This document shows, piece by piece, positions 49,501-60,400 of a stretch of DNA of 64,000 nucleotides (the stretch's first letter is position 1; every line of letters starts with the position of its first letter). Position numbers and translations under genes: made by a program. The DNA lies in the NCBI RefSeq assembly GCF_006345805.1, contig NC_043007.1, positions 20,770,001 to 20,834,000 on the forward strand, in the 5' to 3' direction. This DNA is from Octopus sinensis (lineage: Eukaryota). The notes beneath the pieces were generated by a model. The model ran no database searches. It had not been told where the DNA came from and worked only from the letters and a program-made list of their open reading frames with translations.

Positions 49501-52500
49501 AACAGAAGTGAATGCAGTGAATGGTAAACATGAGTGGATGTGACTATCGTTTTAGATTAGGAAGACGAAGGAACTAGGACTGGTTCAGTCCAGCTGACCA
49601 TCTTCACCGCTCTTAACGAATAAATAGTAATTACAGACTCGTTACAGTTTGTTTTTCTTTATCAACTGTGGTGTTAGTAGTGTTATGGACTGTGATGGAG
49701 CTATGTGGTGTTGGTGGAGGGGATTGCAGATGAGGTGGACGGAAGTAGGGACTGCAGGGGCTGGTGAGACAGGCAGAGGGCATGCGTGGGCAGGAAGCAT
49801 GTGTGGTCAGTTCGAGCAGAGACGGCAGCGACACAAGATGTGTTTAATTCATGAGAGTGACCGCTGATTTCGCCGAGGTCAACAGGTGAGGCCCTTTGTA
49901 TCTCTTTCTCCCGTTTGCTTCTTTTTCTGTTGTCCTTTTTCCTCCATCACACTACAAGCTATTTCGGCCCATAACACTGCTAACACTGGATCTTTTCAGT
50001 TTGAACGGCAGTTTTTTAAAATACTTTCCACGTAACTAAATACTTTTAAACTTCGTATACTGGTAAAATGTGTTTATAAAACATCTTTTTCTCTTGGCTT
50101 TATTGAGAAAATTCTATAGTTTGTAAGATATTTAGTCTTTAATTTCTTGCATTTCGGCAATTTCAACCAATCAATGGACGTCTATTGAGGTAAAATAAAC
50201 ATTCTGTGCCGTATGAATATGTCCCTCATTTAAGAAACAGATTGGGTTTATTTACATTTGTGAAGAAAAAAAGATACCCTTCCGCCTAATCCTAACCCTA
50301 ACCCTAAAACAGATTGAAATGCAATAGATCGATACTAGGGTCATAATTATGGGTGACAATTTCATATGACACCGCTAGAAAAAAACTGCCGTTCAAACCG
50401 AAAAGATCCCTAACACCAAATCAACATTTCATGGAAGATCACTTACCGATTCCAAATTCCTCAAGTAATACAAGTAACAAATGCAGGGCTCGGTGTGCTC
50501 TGCCAGCTGGAAGATACGGGTGAGTGTTTAAAGATAATAATATATCAATTAAAGGCAGAAGAAAATCGTCGGCAGACAGACGCCCTTGTGTCTCTTGATT
50601 GGGTGATGGCATTGTTGCTTTTGAAATTATTAATAAGTCTGCATCACAGCATAAAAGGAATGTTCGCACTATTTTGATAGCTTCAGTACCATCTATAACG
50701 GAAACGGCATCTAAAACAGTAGACAAAAAAGAAAGTATGTTTAACCCTTTTGTTACTGTATTTATTTTGAGATGCTCTGTGTCTCTCTCAATTAATTTTA
50801 AACTAGCAGTATCGCCCGGCGTTGCTCGGGTTTGTAAGGGAAATAACTATATAAGCATTTTTAGAGAGTTATAGCCAAAAAATAGCAAAAAAATGCATTA
50901 AAAATGGAAAAAAAATTATGGTAAATTTTTTTTTAAATCGTTGACTCATCGTAGACATTTTTAGAGAGTTACTTCCCTTATATAATAGCGAAAAAATGCA
51001 TTAAAATGGAAAAAAATGATGGTAAATTTTTTTTTAAATCGTAGACTCATCGTAGACATGCGCTAATACCCAGAAGGACTCGATATGAATCACGACTATA
51101 AGATACCCGGTTTTGGTTAAACTGCACCGCAAAATGTGGGAGTAGTTAGGAATCTAATTCGGAGTAGACAGACACACAACTTGACTTTTATATATAAAGA
51201 TATAACAAAGAATTTAGTAAAATAACTTAGTTATCATTCAGCTAGTGTTAGGAACATAAATTGTGACTAAGGTTTGGTGGAAGATTTTAATTCAAAACTT
51301 ATGAAAACAAGACATTTGTACTCAGAGCCAGAACCGGTTTTGGCCAGGTTGGTAACGAAAGGGTTAATAATTAATCATTGAAATGCAACGTCACTTGGCA
51401 ATATTTATGTCAGTAAATGTTATGAAAGTAATGAGCTGGCAGAATCGTTAGCACACCAGGCGAAATGCTTAGCAGTATTTCGTCTGTCACTATGTTCTGA
51501 GTTCAAATTCCGCCAAGGTCAACTTTGCCTTTCATCCTTTCGGGGTCGATTAAATAACTACCAGTTACACACTGGGATCGATATAATCGACTTAATCCGT
51601 TTGTCTGTCCTTGTTTGTCCCCTCTGTGTTTAGCCCCTTGTGGGTAGTAAAAGAAATAAGAATCGTTAGCATGCTGGCCAAAATACTTAGTGGCATTTTG
51701 TCCATTTTTATATTCTGAGTTCAAATTCTGCTGAGGTTAACTTCACTTTTAATTTTTTTCAGAGTCAATAAAATAGTACCAATTGAAAACCGAGGTGGAC
51801 GTAATCAACTTACCCCCTCCCGCTTAACTTGCAGGCCTTGTGCCAAGATTTGAAACCTATTTTCATTTCACTCATTGTTCGACCGTGGTCGAGACAATGG
51901 AATTTACTATGTTAGTCCAGACCTCACGGTCCATCATAGCATTACGGAGGTCCTGTTGCTGGATGCCTGCATCCCTGGAGATTACATCAGGGTAGGAGAG
52001 TGTGCACCCTCTGGTATCGCGAGCAGATAGCTTCCAGAGGAGAAGAGTAGAAATGACCTCGTTTTCAGCTCTACAACAATGTCCAGCAAACTGGACTCTT
52101 CCATCTTTCACAAGAGATGATACAGGTGGTAATTTCCCATATATTTGTACTTTGGTTGGATGACACTTCCACGAGAGATTTTGTTATTTATGTTAATATA
52201 AGGCAATTATAATATTATTTTAGTATTGTATACAAATTATATAATATTATATTAAATATCAAATGATTCATAGTATATATAAATTAGCAGAATATAAAAT
52301 ATTTATTTATACATAAAACATGGTTGACAAGTATACATACAAATTCCCACTTCAGTTGCCATATGAAGGCAACCTGTCTACAAAGTTGGGCCCTCCAAAC
52401 ATGTTGTACAGTATGTGAAAAAGGCACTACCCTGCTCACATGGAGGAGACAGGCTTGAAAAGGGCACAAAAGAAAAAATGTATTAATAAATGATAGAGAA

Positions 52501-53175
52501 GCTAAAATAACTTACCGTCTTTCAGGTAATTCAGAAACGCATCGTGCAAAGCTTGGAGAAATGGTTTCGTTGCCCAAGTTCCATAAGCATCAGTTGTGAT
52601 GTTATTTTGAAGCCATCTGACATAGCATTTCCAAAGAGAATTGTTGCGTTGTAGGCTTTCGTCTCGGTAAAAAACAGAAACGCCGTAGGCCCACTCTGAA
52701 GGTGTCACTAATGTCTGATTACAAAAAGATCAATACAAGGAAAAAAATCAATCAACAATGCAGCTATTTATATTTCTACATTGTTATTTGTCTATTGTTA
52801 GCTTTCTCTTTACACATTCCTTTTCCAAGCCAACACTAGTTAAATAATTACTAATTAGTTACATAGTGATCTTGAAAACAAATTACTAAATAGCATGGAA
52901 AACTACCACTAAGATAGGGAATCGGTCATAGCCATTAAACTATATTAATTTCTTGCTTATTAATCAAAAGACTAAATTTCTAGCTAAAAAAAAAATTGAA
53001 TATGGTGTAGGAGTGGCTGTGTGGTAAGTAGATTGCTTACCAACCACATGGTTCTGGGTTCAGTCCCACTGCGTGGCACCTTGGGCAAGTGTCTTCTACT
53101 ATAGCCTCGGGTTGACCAAAGCCTTGTGAGTGGATTTGGTAGACGGAAACTGAAAGAAGCCCGTCGTATATATAT

Positions 53176-53231
<56 letters not shown>

Positions 53232-54381
53232 ATGTGTGTATATGTTTGTGTGTCTGTGTTTGTCCCCCAACATTGCTTGACAATCGATGCCGGTGTGTTT
53301 ACGTCCGCGTAACTTAGCGGTTTGGCAAAAGAAACTGATAGAATAAGCACTAGGCTTACAAAGAATAAGTCATGGGGTGGATTTGCTCGACTAAAGGTGG
53401 TGCTCCAGCATGGCCACAGTCAAATGATTGAAACAAGTAAAAGAGTAATGAGCATGATCTTCATCAAAATATTAAGGCAATAAAAACAATGACTACAGAG
53501 TGTTGCTTTCATTTTAACCATTCATCCTGACGGTAAAGAAATTTTTTCTCTGTATATTTAGCTTGAATTTCCTATTTTGTTATTTTTAAAGCAGCTCTTC
53601 AATGGAAATTACATATAACTTAGATATCTCTATATATATAAACAGCAAAATGTCTGCCTGTGTGTCCTTTATACAAATCCACAATTTTTCAGTTACAGTG
53701 CTCGCACTTTCTATGGTCATTCAAAACCGTCCAAGGGTGGTCGTGCACATCTTTACATTTCCCCAGTCACCCCGCAAAGCCAATAAAAAATCAATAGAAG
53801 TGACTTTTTTGTGAATTTTCTATCCAAAATCCAATCAAAATGCCTGAAACTTGATACGCCAATTGAATGCCAGCTAGCTGTATGTGATTGCTCGGAGATT
53901 TGGACAGTACTCGCGTGTATGTGCGCACGCACGCAGCTGTATATGAATGCACTAGCACTATGACCTGGCAACGCTGGGTCATAGTGCTAGTTACTAAAAA
54001 CACTAAAAGCAAGCAAAAACTAAAAAAAAACAATTTCTGTTAGTAGTGACTCGAGATTTTAAACAAGATCTAAAAATATTAATCAAAACATTTTTGCTTT
54101 TCCAGTGTAGAAGAAAACTTACAAAGTCCAACAGATTGATAAGGGCTTCCGCCAGAAAACACTGAGTGGCCCCTCGTATGTAAGTCTCAACAGTTCTTTG
54201 GCACGTCACAACTATCTCACTGATGTAAATATTGGGAAAGAAATGAAAAAAAAAAAAACAAAGATTATTTTCGTAAGAAATCATGGAATCACCATAATTA
54301 TTTTAAAATCCACTTTTCCATGCTTGCAGGGGTCGGACAGAATTTCTATTGCTAATCCTTACCTGTTTCCATGCAAGTTTA

Positions 54382-54424
<43 letters not shown>

Positions 54425-57400
54425 AACACCAGGACTTACAAACACATATAACATACAGAAAATTGCACTACTAGGCACTGCACACATCCTACACAGAACA
54501 CTTTCCATACAATAACCATCAGAGCATCACAACAAATCACAGCACATACCCAAGGCACACAGAGCTGTGCTCGGTAGTGAAGTGAAAGCACACTATAAAA
54601 AATATACTACTGAATAATAATAATAATGAAATTATTGTATACAGTGCTCAGGTGCACCACAACTTGTAGTGCGTGTAAAGCATATGCAGTAATGTACAAA
54701 TGTCTGGGAAGTGAACAGTGTATGAGTCAGATACATGCTTGGGTGTGTATGGAGAGGAGAAAATCAGGTGTAGTGTTGGCGAATCTCAGGAAGCATGGAA
54801 GTTTTGAAGGATGCAGTGCTCCGACAACTTACAACTGATGCTGGCAGTTTGTTCCATGCTTCAGCAACTCTCAGCGTGAAAAATATTTCCCATGGTTAGA
54901 TAAGTTTCTAATGTCAATCATTTTACAGAGTGTACTGGGTGCTTTTTATGTGGAGACCAGCACCAGTGCTCAGGAAGGGCATCCAGCTGTAGCCTACCTC
55001 ATCTGAATTATATTTTGATTGGGAAGCTTTTGATTCAGTTCAGTTTCCATCAAAGACATACCTTTATATATGTACATATTAATCATTATCATCATCATTT
55101 AACATCCGTCTCCCATGTAGGCATAGGTTGGACAGTTTCACAGGAGCTGGCAACCCAGAGAGCTGTGCCAAGCTGTAGTGTCACTTTGGCATGATTTCTG
55201 CAGTTGGATGCTCTTCCAAATGCCAACCACTTCGAAGGAGGAGGAGGAGGAAAAGAAGAAGAAGAAGAAGAAGAAGAAGAAGAAGAAGAAGAAGAATTGT
55301 TTTGGTATAAAAGATGGGCTACAGCAAATATTCTACTCAATACCACAGATTTGCTTGTCAATTGTTTGACCATAACCAGTTGAACATGTCCCTTAGTAGC
55401 TGACAATATGTGCATCTCTGATCATGAGCAGAAGTAGTGGGAGAGCATCATAGCCATGTGTTGAGAGGGATTCTTTGAGGGTTTGAATAATTCACCTCTG
55501 GAAACATGGGTGCTTCATTCAACATCCTTAAACAACCCTTATTCAGGGACCTGGCAGTGTTCCTACAGCTGGATGCCCTTCCTAACGCCAATCACTCCGT
55601 GAATGTAGTGGATGCTTTTTACGTGCCACTGGCTCAGGTGCCAGGGGAGGATGGCAACGGCCACGATCGGTTGGTGCTTTTTATGTGCCACCGGAACGTA
55701 AGCCAGTCAAGGCAGCACTAGCATCGACCACGTACGATGATGCTTTTTACGTGCCAGGGGAGGTTGGAAACGGCCATGATCGGTTGGTGGTCAATCTAGT
55801 TTTATATCCAACATTTCAACATGAGAATAAAAACAAGCAAAAAAAAAAAGATACGCAATGAAAGAAAAGGTGAAGTTAATAAGGATAACGAAAGGTACAT
55901 GTAAAATAAAGGATACACATAAAAGATAATTTACCGTATGTTTACAATGGCAGATTTATCCAATAAAGGAGACTGAGGTAGCTTTGTTAGTGCTCTAGAA
56001 AGAAATATAAGTGGGATAGGACTCCAGCTTTGTGAATTCATGGTTTCCAAGACTTTACAGAAGAAGTTGGCTAAAAAAAAAAGAAAGACAATTGAGAACA
56101 TATGAAATGCAATTTTTTCTTAGGTTGGAAATATTTGTATTTGCAATCGTCAAGCATCAGCTTTCGTCTGTTTTCACATGATCACATCATTTTAATACTC
56201 TTACTCTCTTTTGCTTGAGAGTATGATAGAAGAAGGCTTGCTCTTCCTTCCGTAGAAGAAAAAATTCAAATTGGACCATGTTAACACCAAAAATTATTTA
56301 CATCAAAAAGGTGCTTTTTTTTCTATGAAAATCCCTATTTTTTTACAATTTTTGGACTGCTGTGTCGCCATTTTTCGGTGTATTTCAACCAGAAAAATGT
56401 TCCCTTAAAGAGAATAACAAGCTACATAATGCAAATTTTTTACTTTTCAAAAATTCCAATTCTAAAGGGTTGAAACAAGCCTGAGCAACGCCGGGCAAAA
56501 CTGCTAGTCAATGATAATGTTCTCACTTCGAATCCGCGGTTATCTCCCTTTAATCCTCTCTCTGGAGTCAGGCGTATGCAAATTTTCATTCCAAAAATGC
56601 AGCCCAGAGAAAAGAAAGTATGGGAACCACTGATTCAAACCAATAAAACAAAAATTTTGCCCCGATACAAAAAACAAAAATTAAAGCAATATAAAAGTAA
56701 ACAATAATGTAATTGATTATTAATTATTTTCCATGTATTAATAATTTACCAAGTCAATAACATTTCAGCAATATTGTTGACAGCAAAATTTTGAATGAAT
56801 GTCTTGTCTATATGTCTTACCATCTGTTTCGTGAACTTACCTTTTCTTTCTTTTGTTTCTAAAGCCTCCCAGCATGATATGAAAAAATGTGACAAACTAT
56901 CTCCAATCTTAGGGCAGGAGCCAAAATTAGTGTCTGGTTCCCTGAAGTAATAAAAATAACAAGAATTAGCAGAATAATATATAACTAGGCGTAGGAGTGG
57001 CTGTGTGGTAAGTAGCTTGCTTACCAACAACACGGTTCCTGGTTCAGAGAGAAAGCAACTTGTTGAGACAAACATAGATTCTCCTAGACGACTAAATAGC
57101 TCTCAGGTTAGGTTAAATTTGTCAGTCTTTTTATAGCTGTTAGCCATCCTTCTAGAACCTTTGTCCAGACTGTTTGATGGGAAAACTTGCTAACTTCTTT
57201 TGAATTTGCGTTTGAATAAACATTGCCAGACAGCAAATAGAGACTCGGACATTGCTTAGAAAATATTTTTTTTAATCTTTAACCTCACATATAGTACGCA
57301 CTAGGGATTTTGACCTTTAAATTTTGGGAGAAAAACTGCGGATTATACTTGAGGATTTACGGTACTCATGTCACAATGGCAAACAGACATTAAATGTTAT

Positions 57401-60400
57401 TGTTGATGATGATGATGATGATGATGATACATACCGTCCATACAATTTAATTTCCTTCAAAGAACCCAGAAATTTTCCAGAGAAGTACTGCAATAAAAAA
57501 AGAATTATATATTCTGAATAATAATAAAATATTTACAGTGACTCAGGGTTTAGTTTTGAAATGAAACTCTGCATTATGAAGAATTAAAGATTTATCTTTT
57601 ATTTTGTTTTTTTACTTGTTTCCCCTTTAGACCGTGGCAATGCTGGAGCACCACTTTGATTAATTTTTAGTTGAACGAATTGATCCAAATATTTATTTGT
57701 TTTCATAGCCTGGTACTTATTCTATCGGTCTCTTTTGTCAAACTGCAAAGTTATTGGGATGTAACCACACCAACACCGGTTGCCAAGCAGTGATGGGGGA
57801 TAAACACAGAAATAATGACACATACATATATATGATGAGCTTCTTTCAGTTTCCATCTACCAAATCCACTCACATGGCTTTGGTCGGCCCAAGGCTATAA
57901 TAGAAGACACTTGCCCAAGATGCCACGCAGTGGAACTGAACCTGGAACCATGTGGTTCGTAAGCAAGCTACTTACCACACAGCCACTCCTACGCCTATAT
58001 ATGGAATTTTATTTCTGAAATTAAAGAACTGTGTATGGAAACAGCTGTAGGTAGGAATTTCTATGTATAATTTGAATGTCTTTAGATAGAAACATCTGTA
58101 TGTAAACTTTTTTCCATTTTCTTATTTTAAAGTGAATTTGTAAATACAATTACACAAATTCTGTAGAATGATAAAGCATGCAAAATTAGAACAAAAATAT
58201 TGTTATTGAAGTTATAACTCACTGATTCTTGATCTTGCCAAATGAAAGGACACGTGACTAGGTTGAAATCTAGAGCAACATTGACTGCCCATTTGATAAG
58301 GAAAATGTTTTCGTGAAGGAGACAACGGGATATTAGAACCAGAAGCCAGGAAGAATGCAGAAGAAAACCTACCATTGTAAAACATTACAAAATATATTAG
58401 TCACAAAGCAAGGAAACAATAAGAAAGGACAAAACAGAATAAAACAATTTCACAATTGACAATTAAATTGCATGTCTTCTTTACATTTAGTGAAAAGTGA
58501 TTAGTGTAAGGTGTAAAGAAGTGAGAGCTAATAGAGATGCCCAGAAGAGAGACAGATGTCATGGATATATATTTGTGTGTGTAAGGCGGCGAGCTGGCAG
58601 AATCGTTAGTACACCGGGCGAAATGCTTAGTGGTATTTCGTCTGTCGTTACGCTCTGAGTTCAAATTCTGCCGAGGTTGACTTTGCCTTTCATCCTTTCG
58701 GGGTCGATAAATTAAGTACCAGTTACGCACTGGGGTGGATGTAATCGACTTAATACCTTTGTCTCTCCTTGTTTGTCCTCTCTGTGTTATAACATGTAAT
58801 TATTGCCAAAAGTAGAAAACTGGGAAATTGAACCTTGCTCTTCAGGAAAAAGAAATTTATAATTCTGAGGTATACAAACTGTAAGAGTTTATTTTTTTAA
58901 AATCACTTCAGTATATCTAAAGGAGCCTAAGACCGGGGTCTGGGAAGCGAGGAGGCTGCACCAGACTCCAGTCTGATCTGGCAGTGTTTCTACAGCTGGA
59001 TGCCCTTCCTATGTAAAACACTTAAATTTCTTATATTCTGCATTTTAGCCAATCTCTCTTTCTCAGAAATGCATGTTCGGAAGCAGTCTCCCTAAGAAGT
59101 GAGAAATGGAATGGGCGTCAAGAAGAAAGGAATCTGATCGTGTGTTTATGTAAGAGAAGAAAAAAGAATTCCCTAGTTATAAGTACTAAACTTGTCTTTG
59201 CCCATGAAACAGAATCAACACAGCATAGCATACATCAACAAGCTACATACCTCCATTGTCTGTAGTGGCTTCCACAAGATTTGAGAAACGGGGAAGAAGC
59301 GGCTTTATGATATGTACCTAAAACAAATTGTAATCAGTATATCAAATCAAAAAGATTATCTCCCGCTCTCTCTCTCACACATAAATACATATATAAACTG
59401 CACAAAAGAAAAGTAATTTATTTAATTTTTCAAGTTTAATTTGTGGGAATATCAAAAAGCATATTTCATAGTTATATACCATTCCTTAGGAGGCACATGG
59501 CCTAGTGGTCAGAACAGCGGACTCGCGGTCGAGGGATCGAGGGTTCGAATCTCAGACCGGGCCATGTGTGTGTTTATGAGCGAAACACCTAAGCTCCATG
59601 CAGCTCCAGCAGAAGGTAATGGTGAACTTCTGCTGACTCTTTCGCCATAATTTTCTCTCACTCTTTCCTCCTGCATTGTGCAGCTCATCTGCGACGGACC
59701 GACGACCCGTCCATATAGGGGAACCTATATGCCAAGGAAACTGGCCCTTATGAGGCAGGCATGGTTTGAGAAGGAACAAACAAAATACCATTCCTTACTG
59801 TTGTAATACTTAGTGAATGAATACAATAAGCACAGTTCAAACTATAGCACAAAGGGAACGGCAGATATAGCTTATCAGAACCCTCCATCAGGACCGTTTG
59901 TTCAATTAACTTTTCAGCAGTATATTGAAAAATATGTCATAGGTTTTCAAACTTTCAGCCATTACTTCAGCATTTGGTAAAATTTTACTAACTGAATCAA
60001 CAATCGCTTTATGAACGTTTACTTGTTGGTTGTTTTAAAATTGATTTTGAATACTAATAAGTGCCCCACCAGTTCTGTTTGAGCAAATACATAACATAAA
60101 GCAGGGCTGTCTTAGCAGCATTATCACTACCACCACCCCATCCTTGGCAAATCAATGCATTGTGCCCTTTTGTATTTATTTACTGATGGCAAGCCACAGC
60201 ATGCATGGATCAGGATTGGGGCCCTAAGCCCACAAGGTTCCTGAGCAAATCAGTACACTGGGGCCCTGTAGTATTTACTGACAGAAAGTTACAGCATACA
60301 TAGGTCAGAATTGGGTCATTTCAACATTGATGCCCCCTGTGCAAATCAATGCACTGGGTCCTATCATCATCATCATCATCGTTTAACGCCCGTTTTCCAT

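Noticed and set aside
1068-59780. tRNA-like sequences with A/B boxes (for example 1068, 4128, 18544, 45523, 59490)
   Set aside because: No complete cloverleaf or acceptor stem; each continues into a SINE body, so these are SINE heads rather than tRNA genes.
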